Assembly: GCA_012295275.1 (NCBI GenBank) | Contig: CM022679.1 | Coordinates: 2,914,001-2,978,000 of the forward strand | Length of the DNA stretch: 64,000 bases | Reading direction: 5' to 3' | DNA from: Chrysomallon squamiferum | Taxonomy: Eukaryota > Animalia > Mollusca | In this document: positions 11,249-24,032 of the stretch, piece by piece | Layout: each line of letters begins with the position of its first letter | Numbering within the stretch: position 1 is the first letter of the stretch | Position numbers and translations under genes: made by a program | Notes under the pieces: generated by a model | What the model was told of the DNA's origin: nothing | What the model saw: only the letters and a program-made list of their open reading frames with translations | The model's database searches: none

Positions 11249-11595
11249 GTTGTTGTTTAATGTTAGTGTTTTTATCATTGTAGATGTTGTTATTATTATT
11301 ATTATTTCCAAAGTTATGGAAATATCCTTTGTAAGAAATGAAGAATATTTCTGAGTTCTTTTTATGAGATCTGGTAAATCACTGGTTCAGTCATCTGTTA
11401 CTCAGATGGAATGTTTTCCTAATCCAGGCATGATATATAATTTTCTCAGGATAGACAGTCACATATAAAATCTCTCTTTTTGCTGATTATAAAGTGTAAA
11501 TTTGAAAAAGGCAGCAGCTCATTTTCTTCATCAGATATTTACAACAATCGTTGATATTAAAAAGTATGAGTTATGTTTTACTAAAATAATGTTGA
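6969..11595. repeat. Segmental tandem duplication, copy 2 (carries the UBFD1 5' end contiguous with the rest of the gene)
   Basis: Direct repeat of 1-4534 at an offset of about 6970-7060. It ends about 10 nt before the UBFD1 exon 2 acceptor. Confidence 0.95.
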
Positions 11596-12528
11596 TTGTA
11601 TTAGGAAATGAAGAAACAAAACCTGAAAAGGAACAGTCCAAAGTGGAAAGTGACAAAGCAGTAGCTGACAAAGACTCTGGGGTATCAAGTGCATCAGAAA
11701 ATAACATAGACACACATCCCTGTGTGACCTCATCTACTGAGAAATGTCCTGATCCAGGAGGTTCAGTTCTTTCTGAGTTAGGAAATATTGTGACACAAGA
11801 AACTGGTAATGTATTGTTTGTAGCTGTATGTACCTCTATGTACCTGTGAATACTTGTGTATACCTGTCTGTGTGGAGACTTTCAGGTTGCAGCATTTCCA
11901 TTTTCAATTTTTTGAAAAAAAACTCACTTTTATTATTACAGTGATTCAGAACCGTAATACTTTTTTTAAGACAGTCATGAACATAGCAGATTTTGAGATA
12001 CGTGTCTGTGTGTATATTTTAGATTCAAAATATTCAGTATTCCTAAGAGTAATATTTAGCCTCTGCAATATTATTTCTGACATTTAAATTGCACGGCAAT
12101 TTATATAAAAAAAATAAAAATTAGTAGCTCAGACATGTCTCTTGCTCGGCAAATAGCTAAATCATCTGTTAATATAATATTGTTATCTGTTTCATACACC
12201 ATGGCCAGTCACGTAACTATAATGATTTATAAGTGTTTTGTAAATATTTTCAGAGATTATTATTTTTTTCTTCTAATTTGTTTTAAATTTTAAATTTTGT
12301 TGTTGTTTTTAATGAATTGAAAATGCTCTACGTAATTTCAGATCAAAATGTTGAAGAATGCGTTGACTTCAGAATAATTTATAACAAACAAAAATTTGAT
12401 GTCAGCTTTCCACTGGACAAAACAGCAGCTCAACTCAAAGTCCACATCCAAAGTCTAACAGGTTCCTGAAACATTATTATTATTATTAGTTAATGTTAAT
12501 GTTATTATCATTGTAGATGTTGTTTATA

Positions 12529-12574
<46 letters not shown>

Positions 12575-15500
12575 GTTGTTATTATTTAATGTTAATGTTG
12601 TTATCATTGTTGTTGTTGTTTGTATTTTTATTATTAATTTATTATTATTAGTGTCATTATTATTATTTATTATTATTATTATTAATATTTGTTTTTGGTT
12701 ACTGGGAGCAGTAGTGTTATTTCATTTATTTATTTATTTCAGGTGTACCACCAGCTATGCAGAAATTAATGTTTAAAGGTAAATAGTTCATTTATTTTGC
12801 AACGTCTGTTTCTACCTTACCATAACTATAACAAAAATTGGTGGAAAAAAAACTTCAGACAAACACATTACTGTTTCATCAATTGTCACAGATAAAAAAA
12901 TTTAAAACAAATTTTAGGAGGAAGTATATTTTCTTTGAACATTTTCATGTTACTTTTAAAACTAATTATAAAGAAATCATCCTTTGATTCACTGATTCCA
13001 GAATTTTAGATTTTATAGATCGAGTTTTAAATTCTTATTTTTTAAATTAAATATGTACACAGACACATACACACATTTCATTATTAAAACAATCTTAATC
13101 AGTTTTAATCATTCTTATTTCATTGTTTATTAGACTAATACTTTTTGCTTTCTAGTTACAGTCATAATCATCTTCATTTTTTCATCATCATCATCACTGT
13201 AGTTCAAATTATTATCACAGTCGTTGTTGTTATCATTTAGGTTTAGTTAAAGATCATCAAACATTACGGGAACTCAAAGTCACTAAGGGTGCTAAGGTGA
13301 TGGTCGTGGGTTCAACACTGACAGATGTGCTGTCTGTGAGTGCCCCATCAAAACAGGAACTACAGGAAGAGGCCAAGTCAACAGAACCAGCAAAAGAGAT
13401 GCTGTGTAGACAGAAGGTAATTCTTAAAATACATCAAAGAGGAGACTTTGTTAAATCACAAGGACTGTTCAGTTTGAGATTTGTCACAGTAGTTTTACAC
13501 CTCATTGTCAACTAGTATGCTTGGTTTTATTTTATAGCTACAAGCATCTGCTTCAATAATCACATGAATTTTATCTCAGTTTTTATAATCTATCATATGA
13601 TATCTAATTTATTTAAAATCAAAGAAATACAACGTGGTCAAATATTTGTTTTTTTCTTCAAGATTATCGTTTAGAGTATTGGATTTTTTTCTTTTTTAAA
13701 ACACTTGATTTTGATTTATGTTGCCATTTTTCATTTCCATAGTTCATTTGATAAATTCAGTTTATTTGATAACATACAATAATGTCAGTGGATCTGGTCA
13801 TCGGTTAAATCAGGTTGTTTTTTCAGGATGGACATATTTTTCATCATCATTGTCAATTTTAATGTAGTGAAATAATGAAACCCAGCAATTAACAGCTTGG
13901 GTCCTGAAATCAAAATAATAGAACCTGGCAAACTGATAGTCAAAATGGACAGTTTATTTTTGGAATTACAATATTTATGGAAAAAATCTTAATGTCCTAT
14001 ACCCAATTTTCATAACTGGAGACAGTACAGTATATATGTATATAAATATACATTGGTTTCTTAATTCTGAATCCTTAATGCCCCATCTTGAGAAACTCTG
14101 GTCTATAGGGTACCGAGTCTGTTTGCATTATGTAGATAATAAATTGTGAGTATTGTGTCAGTAATTATATTATTTTATAGAAATGACATTTCAAAAAATA
14201 TTTTATAAAACTTAATATCATAGCTCAGCTTTTGTTAAACAGTAGTTTTGTTTATATCAAGAATATGAAAAATTGAATACTTTCATGCCAATTTGTGGAA
14301 CTTGTTGTTTTAGAAAAGTATGAAGAGATGAAAACTCTTTCATTTTCACTTAAAAAACCCAATAAATAATTAAAAAATAATAATAATAAAATAAAATAAA
14401 ATAAAATAAAATAAAATAAAATAAAATAAAATAAAATAAAAAATAAATAAATTAAAATAAAATAAAATAAATAAATAATAATAATAATTTGTTTTGCAGC
14501 AACATAAGAAAGTTTTAGAAAAATATGGGAAACCGGATGATTTGATGCCAGGTAAAAAAACAAAGGAGCCACTTCCATCATTTCCAATCCATGGAATGTA
14601 CAACAAGGCAGGAGGAAAAGTAAGACTCACATTCAAACTGGAACTTGATCAGTTATGGATAGGAACTAAAGGTGAGAGAGAGACAAAAAAAAACCATCCT
14701 ACATCTCCATAGCAACGTTTTTCATGTGTTGAGTGGAATCCACAACTCTGTTTCTGCTTTGATCACGTCCTTGTTCATTGTTTCCATTTGTGTGTTTGTA
14801 AATCCACATCCATTTTGATTGTTTACTTAGTGAATGTTTTCTGTTTAAAAGATAGGGAACAGTCGCTACATGTTATTGTTGATCTCTTACATCTCTCTGA
14901 AACACCAACATGTTTATATCGGTCACAGCAGAAAGTTCTGAAATAAATTATTTTTAAAAAGACACTGTAATTCTTTTCTCCTTTTTTTTTTTCACTTTTG
15001 GCTGATTTTAAATTACTAGTTAATTTTATGTATTTTTATTTATCATAAACATTAATAAAAAATGATAAACTTTAGAAAACAAAACAAAACATATTATTGT
15101 GAATGAGAGAGTGGTAAGTTTAGGGCTGCAGCACCAAAGATAACAGGATCATGCCTCTTCATATGCTGAGATACTGAAGCAGATTACTAAAATACCAATA
15201 AATATTTTAAACAACTATTTATATTTTCAATTTTTCAGAAAGAACTGATAAATTACCTATGAATTCCATAAAAACTGTTGTTAGTGAACCATTAGAAGGC
15301 CATGAAGAATACCATATACTGGTAAGTAACACTTATACACACTATTAGTGAACTTATACAAGAATACCTTACACTGATTAGTGAACTTATACAAGAATAC
15401 CTTACTGGTTAGTTGGTTATTAGTGAACTTATACAAGAATACCTTACACTGGTTAGTTACACTTAGACACACTATTAGTGAACTTATACAAGAATACCTT

Positions 15501-16052
15501 ACACTGGTTAGTAACACTTAGACACACTATTAATGAACTTATACAAGAATACCTTACACTGGTTAGTAACACGTATACATACTATTAGTGAAATTATACA
15601 AGAATAAATATACTGGTAAGTAACACACACACACACTGTTAATAAACTTGTAGAAGACTATTACATACTGCTAAGTTACTTTTATAAAATCTCATTAATT
15701 CTTTTCTTAGAAAAATACGATATACTGGTAAAATTACTTTTTATAAAAACTGTTAGTTAACTTCTAGAAAAATATCATATAAAATCTGATTGGGTTTTCT
15801 ATTCTTCTAAATTTTATCTTAGTATGATAAAAAAAAAAAAAAAAAATTATATAATGCTCTGTTCAGTATTTCCTACTCTCAATATTCATTTTTTTTCTCA
15901 GTGTTACTGATGTTTAACTTTATTTTAAAATTATTTCTCAGGGCATACAGTTAGGACCAACAGAAGCTTCTAGGTACTGGGTTTACTGGGTTCCAGCTCA
16001 GTATGTTGATGCCATCAAAGATGCTGTGTTAGGAAAATGGCAATATTTTTAA
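10088..16052 (+). CDS. UBFD1: Ubiquitin domain-containing protein UBFD1 (Ubl domain plus C-terminal PH-like domain), 309 aa
   Basis: Exons 10088-10118, 11605-11805, 12342-12461, 12743-12778, 13241-13416, 14500-14671, 15239-15321 and 15942-16052. All introns are GT-AG with consistent phases (930 nt total). Motifs GVPPAMQKLMFKG, GMYNKAGGKVRLTFKLELDQLWIGTKERT and QLGPTEASRYWVYWVPAQYVDAIKDAVLGKWQYF* match UBFD1. Confidence 0.96.
15322..15790 (+). repeat. ~55-bp tandem repeat derived from the end of UBFD1 exon 7 plus its donor site
   Basis: The unit 'ttagtgaacttatacaagaataccttacactggttagtaacacttagacacacta' mirrors the exon end 'ttagtgaacc...gaagaataccatatactg|gtaagtaacacttatacacacta'. Confidence 0.85.
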
Positions 16053-19000
16053 GATCCGAGATCTCTAATAACGAAATAAAAAATAAATGACATTATAAAT
16101 TCGAATGCTGACTCAACAAAAAGGTAGAATGTTTGTTTGTTTTTTTTCTAAACTTTTTTTTATTATTTTATTTATCTTTTTTGACCTCAATGGTTTACTG
16201 GATATAGTAGGGTTGGAATTTTTCAAGGCTATATTTTTGCTTGGTCATATACTTGGAAATAAAGCTAAGTGTATATTATGTATACTTGTTTTCTGTTGTT
16301 ATTATTTTACATTATTTATGATTTGGATATCAGATACATTACTAAACACTGCTTGAACTAACAAAGTAGTAGTCTGCAGTTAGTTAGAAGGTTGTGGTAC
16401 ATCTCCCTGTCTGTTGAAAAGTGCAGAGAATAAAACATCAGTTATTGATAAATAATTAAAAACAAACTTAGTAACTGAAGTGTTCTTAACTTTTTAATTA
16501 TTCACAATAATTTTATTTTTTAAAAGGTCATTAAACCAGTGAGTTATTAAAAACATTTAAATTTTTTTTTTTTATAATATATAAATACATGGACTAACAG
16601 GAGCAGCACTGATCAAGAAGAGGCAAGTTTGGAAATTAGGGAACAGATACATTAATCTAAAATTTACTGAAACATTAAACTTTAACAGCAGTGTAAACAA
16701 TAATATAAAAATGCAAGAACAATATACAGATACACATAAAGACAACGTATGGTAGTAAAATGTAGGATGGACTGGGTGAAGTTTGTTAGGTTAGGATGGA
16801 TGTGGGGCAGTTGTAATATTTACTCTCATCTTGATGGAAAGTGGGTTGAGAGAGGGTTGCCATGATTGTAAAGTGGTACTCAGAATAACTTAATAGCACA
16901 TAGAGGTAAGGCTTCAAGTTCAACTTTTATGATTTTTACAATTTTAGTCCAGATTTGCTGAAATCCAGAAAACTGAGTTCTGTTAAATGAGGGTCAATGG
17001 TGTGTGTGTGTGTGTATTTAAAACAACCAAGAACGTGTGCACTGTTTTCACTGTGCCTTTTAGAAATATGAAGTAGAGAAAAAGAACAAAAGCAAAATAT
17101 TCTTATTTTTATTAAGTGTACAAAAATAGTATATTTGTTCTTTCATGTTATAAAATACAATAAAATGAAAATGAACATGGCAGTACATATTTTAATATGA
17201 CCATGGGTTTTGCAACAATATTACAATGAATTTATCTACAGAAAACAATTGACAGAATTGTGAGTGATATTTTTGTAACTGTATCTGCAGTTGTATTAAC
17301 AGGCAACTAAATGCATGTTGTAGACTCTTCTCTCCTTAGTGGACAAATACCCAGTAACAAATACATTCTTTATATTTCTTTGCAACTGTTTTGTTTCACT
17401 GGTTGTCTTTTTTGCACTGTACTTATCTAATGTCACATGTATTCAGGAAATAGCAGCCATTTTAAAATTTTGAAGACTTGTTATGTGTCCAACTTTTTAA
17501 TTTAGTGAATAGTTGAGGAGCAATTAAACCATTCACATGGAAGTGCACAAGAAGTGTTTAGATTATTTGTTAATACAACAACAGATACACTTCAATGAAT
17601 CCACAAACAGGTGTGTGGTGATGTCACACAAATGTGAAATCTTCAATAAATAAATAAATATAAATTAAATTAATAAAATTTTCACAATGTGGGGTGAAAT
17701 GTGGAGAAAATAGGAATAATTTAAAGGATATTTACAAAGAAAGATATGAAATACTGAAGTTAATTCATTAAAAATACCCATAGAATAACTTCTGTTTAAT
17801 TAATTTTAAAAAACACCCTGACTTCACTGGTTCATTTTTGAATAATCCAGGAGTTTATATATTTATATTGTTATATTGTAATTATTGATTTTCATGAAAT
17901 AACAGTTATTCTGAATGATCAATATACAATAAAGCCAGAACCAATTCATTTCTTCACTATACAAAGCAAAATAAATTATTAAATTTGTTTCCTTTTTTAA
18001 ACATTTATTTTAAATGCATATTACATTATATTCTTTCATCTAAATATTTCTGTTTTTCTTGCTGTTGTTGTTAATTCAGCTATTATCAACAAATTACTAT
18101 CTGCATCACTTTGTTCATTAATCTGAGGTTTCAGTTTGTTTACATGATTTTATGAAGGTTTGGAGTGGACAGATTCATATTTACATTAGAAAATATCACA
18201 GGCAGCAAAAATAAAAATCTAATAATCTTAAAACTACAACTAATATTAGAAATATGTACTGAAATTTAATTATCAGTTATAATCATTTATTGTTTAATTA
18301 AATTATAACTGAGTGATAATTCATATTTTAAAATTATAATAACAGTAATCAATATAAATATTTATGGGAGTTGTAATTTACAAATTTTGTTTTAATTCTT
18401 AGTATTTGGGGAATTTAGTGTTTTTAATCAAACCCCTTTGCATTTTGATAAAATTAGAATTAAAAAGACCTTGCAACCAGATCTTTTGTTCTTTTCATTT
18501 TTATCTAGAATGAACTTGGAACTGTTTTCTGAAAAGATTAATAGCTTCTAATTAATAGTGACTTGGAATTTTTTTACACTTCTTATAAACAATTTTATTA
18601 CCATTTTTTAAAATAAAAATCTGATTTTGATTATTATTGTATCGGTTAAGGACCAATCCTAAATGTGGAGATTAAATAAAATTTTATTTTATTAATATGG
18701 TCCACAGATTCAGGGATTAAATAACACTGTTATACAGTGCATAATTCACTGAAGTAAGAGGACTACCAGTTCATGTAGAAGAGATTAAACAATATTGTTA
18801 AATACATAGTAAACATTTTATTACCCAAGTGACAACTTTCACCTAATAATAGACATTTACTAATGAAGTCATATGTGGTTTACATTCTGTTATTTAGAAC
18901 CCATTTCTTTATTTTACATCAGTTACAGGCTGATAAAAATAACTCTTAAATAGAACAGATCAAGCAATATTCATTAAATATCCTAATGTTGGCAACATTT

Positions 19001-19092
19001 TATCACTGTAAATTAAAGACTAGTCCTTACTGTTTTGATGGAGAAACTCTGTTAAAGTGTAACTATTAATATCACTGCTACTGTGTGCACAA

Positions 19093-20631
19093 CTAAATTT
19101 TGGTTTGGTATTTGGCCATGTGGAGTTCATGTTTGAGTCGATCAGCATCAAGCTGTCTGAAATAGGCGTCATCCTCATCTCTGAAAATCTGCTCCTGGAA
19201 ATTCTGAATCTCCTTCTCCATCTTTTTACGCAGCTGCTTCTTCATCTGGTCCAGAATCTGAAAGAATGAACATTTGTTTAACATTATAACATCAGTACAA
19301 ATATTTACTAATGTAGGTTTGGAAATAAATATTTGATTAACGTTACAACAGTTGGTATACAGACTTTTTTAATGTCTAATAGTTTTATATTACTTGATTA
19401 TAACATTTGTTATGAACACGTATTAATGTCGAATAAACTGATTCTTGACTCGTGTTATTGAGAGAGAAAATAAATATTTGTAACATTTGACATAAACACT
19501 TGTTAATGTCTAAAGGACTGTTTTGTTTAATATTACTGAGAAAGCAAATATAAATATAAAACTTGGTATAATCACTTATTAAAATTTATGTATATAAATA
19601 TTTAAAATATTTATATATAATGATACAATGAAAGAAATTTTCTGCCATCACTCTAGTAACTCATGGATAAGCAGCAAGTAATCTTTTATATGCAGTTTCT
19701 CTTATACAGGAAAAAAAAACATGACTCTTTGGATAAATATGTGATGGCACACTTTTTGAAAGAGGAAACACAATAAACCAATGAGAGCTGAGCTAACAAA
19801 TGACAGTGCTTCAGATCTCCTCTCCTTCCTCTAAGTACAACCTTAACAAACCACTGTGTTTGATTACATCAGTGATGGGACCCTGGTTGCAATAGGAAAA
19901 AACACAACAGATGAACCAAAGAGAACTGATTCTCAAATCTAATCAGTGATCTTCGGTCTGCTCCTAGTGGAATTAAATCTGTTATTAAAGACGAGAATTA
20001 TAAATGTGACCACTTCTATGTTATGTACACATACGTTCTAAAACAGACTGCTGCAAGAACAAATTTAACTGAATAATAAAATACTTTTTGTTGAGCAGAA
20101 TCCCTAACTTCCAGATTCTTCTTTTCTTGAGCTACTTTCTCTGCCAGCATTTCAAACTGATCTCGATAGCTGCATGTGGTTAAGGATCAACATGTAATAA
20201 TTAAATACAGATTAAAAAATATCTCAACATACTGTAATACTTAAATGCTTTGTAATATTAAGTATTAGGTATCCCCTTTATTAATGAATACATATTTATC
20301 ACTTCAGCTTGTCTGAAATTGTAAATAAGTAAATAGGCACATCAAAAATAACTGATCCTGCAATAAAGCCCACTACAAACCCTGAATACTCTCAAAAAAG
20401 TATGTTTGTTAAGTACTGCTACTGATAAAGGTTAAGTCACTAAAGGATACTAGTTTTCTAGTGAGTCAATCTCATGTTGACGCTTCTCAGCATGAGTCTT
20501 TCTTTGTTCTGTAGCGTAGCGCCGGATTTCTTTTATTCTGTCTTTCTGAATTTCCAGGGCTTCTTTGACAAGATTCTTGAAAATCTGATAAATGAGAAAG
20601 CATATCACAGTATGAAGACTTTTTCTTTTTT

Positions 20632-20666
<35 letters not shown>

Positions 20667-20716
20667 TTAAGGATGCACCATGATATTTAATTTGTAGAAA
20701 GAACAATATTTAATAA

Positions 20717-20765
<49 letters not shown>

Positions 20766-21244
20766 CACAATTAATTAGTTGCACATTGCTCTCTCTGTCT
20801 ATGTTTAAATGTACATTAATTTTTTTTAAACAGAAAATGCATCAAATTTATATATAAATATACATGTATATGTAAAAAAATATACTGTTGGTATTCAGGC
20901 TTGAGTTTCATGCTTTTTACTTATTTGTAACAATAATAATAACAGTAACAAAAACAATAACAATAATAAGATAATCCTACTACTACTACTATTACTACTA
21001 TTACTAATATTACTACTACTAATAAATGATGACAGTAAAGCAGTACTAACCAGTTCCTCTCGAGTTCGTCTCTTGAACATCTTTGCTCTCATTCTCACTT
21101 GATACTCATCATAGTATTTTCTTGCTCTGGCAGACTGCATCCTCTTTTCATGTATTTTGTTTCTCAAAACTATCTGTTGTTTCTGACGTTCTTTTATTTC
21201 TCTCTGAAACAACAACAGCAACAATATTAATAATAACCAATAAC

Positions 21245-21285
<41 letters not shown>

Positions 21286-21916
21286 GTAAATACAGTAATG
21301 ATGACATCAGTAATCACAATAATAAATATTATAAGAATAATCGTCATGTAAATTAATAATAAATTAATCTTAAAAAAAAATTAAAAAAAAAAAAAAATCT
21401 AAACCCTAGAGAACTAATTATATATACCAGTTAATAAAAACCCACCCAAAAACTAACAAAAACAAAATGAAAATAACAATTAAAAATCTTTATTTCAGGC
21501 TTTGAAATAACATTTTTTTTTTTTTTATTTATTTTGAATTTATTTGACATATATATATAAATTAAATTAATGAATATTATTTTCAAAAGTCATCAGTCAA
21601 AAGTTTAATTAATTAATTTAAATAAAGATATTTTGAAAACAAAAATAAATTACCAGTCTTCGAGTTTGTTCAAGATCTTTTTTAACAACATCTGTCAGAA
21701 TTTTGTGTCTCTTTTCAGCTTCTTCCATCTGGAAAAACAATAAAAACGTGAAAAAAGAAGAAAGACCCCCAAACTTCACAAAACAAACAAAATAACAACA
21801 ACAACAACAACAAGAATAATAATATAGCATCAATCCAATAAGATATATATATGTCAAATACAAACCTGCTATGTCCATTTTAAAGATATTGGCCTAATAA
21901 CATTTTATTATTATTT

Positions 21917-21966
<50 letters not shown>

Positions 21967-22501
21967 TTTTTTTTTTTTTAAACCTAAATAATCCAAGTTA
22001 TTTATTTCACTCATTCTTGTCCTTAACTGCTTAACATTAAAATATTTTGTCAAAGACTCTTCTAAACCTGTTCCCTTTTTTAAAACGTCTGAACTACATG
22101 AACAAATTCAGTTTATTTCACCTGCTCCTGTGCTTTGCTCTTCTTCCGTTTGTTCTCCTCGTACACGCGGGTCAGTCTCTCAATCTGGGAAATTCCCTGA
22201 CGCCACAGTTCATGCCAAGTACTCTCCGACAGATACAGATACGGAAACTCCTCCAACAGCATCGGAACCAGATCTTCTTCATCATCAATGGTTACTGAAA
22301 TAATAATAATAATAATAGTAACAACAACAACAACAACAACAGCAACAACAGCAGTAATAATAGTAGTGGTGGTAGTAGTAGTAGTAGTAGTAATAGTAAT
22401 AATAATAACAACAACAACAACAACTACAACAACAACAACAACAACAACAACAGAAATAATAGTAGTGATAAATAATAGTAGTGGTAGTAGTAGTAGTAAC
22501 A

Positions 22502-22535
<34 letters not shown>

Positions 22536-23985
22536 CAACAGTAGTAATAATAGTAGTGATAATAATAGTAGTAGTAGTAGTAGAAGTAATAATAATAATC
22601 ATAATAGTAGTGGTAGTAGTAATAGTAATAAGAATAGTATTACAGTAACAGTAATGGTAATAATAATAGTAGAAGTAATAATAACAACCAACAACAACAA
22701 TAATAATAAAAGCATGATGCATTGCAAAATTACATGTAACTTTTATATAAAGAAAATTTGTTGAGCTACAGTTACATAGTTTGTTCTTTACTAGTTGTAG
22801 AATGATTACATTTTTTTAAACCTAAATCTTTTCTTTTTAAAGAATTTGTTGTCAAAATAGCAAATGAAATTATTTTTGTTGATTTTTTAATTGATTTTTG
22901 AAATGTCAAGTATTTTTTTTTTTTTTTTTTTATTGATTTAATTTTTTTAATCAATATATATAATCTTGTTTTAATTATAGTCATTATTTGTTCAAAAGAA
23001 AAAGAAAATCACTTAGAACAAACATGTATATTCCTGATTTCAAATTAAGTAAAATTTTAACAATGTAACTCAGCAGGTTATCAGTTAAATACATCATTAA
23101 AACAACTGATGTAATAAAGTAGAGAAATCACATTTAATATTAACAGATGAAAGGAATTCTGTAAAAGATTAAACAAAGACATAGTTTTAATTAACATAAA
23201 ATTTGGAAACTTACATTTAATTATCTTTTAATACAGAAATTAACTATAGTCTGATATTATCAGTAATAAATGTAATTAACTGGTCTTTAAGTTTAGTCTC
23301 TTTGAAGGCTAAAAAAGCAAATTATCCAGATAAACAACAGTAGATTACTGCAGAAACAGTCTGTATAAACACAACAGATTCCACTAATTTTAATCACCCA
23401 ATTCCAATTCTTAATGATGTTCAAACCAATCAGAATCAATGCTGATAAAGGGCCAACCAATTAGAATACTTCTGTACAGGATTATTTTAATAAGTAAAAA
23501 TTCCCTTTTCCCTTAATAATCCAATCAAGTATTTCTACTGTTTCTGAGCCAACCAATCAGAATCCCTGTTGACATTGAGCCAATCAATCAGGACTGGTGT
23601 AATGAGAGATAATCTACTGACAAAAAGTAACAACTTAATGACTAAATGGGATTTAAAGATGGCAGTCAAAATAAACACAATGGCTGTCTAATTAAAATGC
23701 CAATCAAAGCAGAAATGCTGCCTTGGTGATAATGGTGTTGACAAACAAAAATTTCTTTTTAAAAGGTTGAGGCAAAAATAAAAAGGTTTGTGTTTGTCTT
23801 GGTTCTCACTGAAGTCTGATGTTAAAGGAAGAGTAATAATATTACAAATTTTGTAATTAATTCAAACTGACTCCTTTACTGTAAACTTTTCTCAAACAGG
23901 GGACAAATTTGTAAGTAACATTAATTTGGTTTAACTATTTTTTACAATGTCATTATAATTATTAAAATAACTGTTGTTATTATTA

Positions 23986-24032
<47 letters not shown>

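Noticed and set aside
20269-20280. Plus-strand 'gtatccccttta' resembling a U12 donor
   Set aside because: It is antisense to CEP95, imperfect, and has no plus-strand exon upstream.
22113-22764. Long poly-L/V/T/Y/C/N ORFs on both strands
   Set aside because: They are translations of a compound trinucleotide microsatellite. Only 22294-22122 is a real CEP95 exon.
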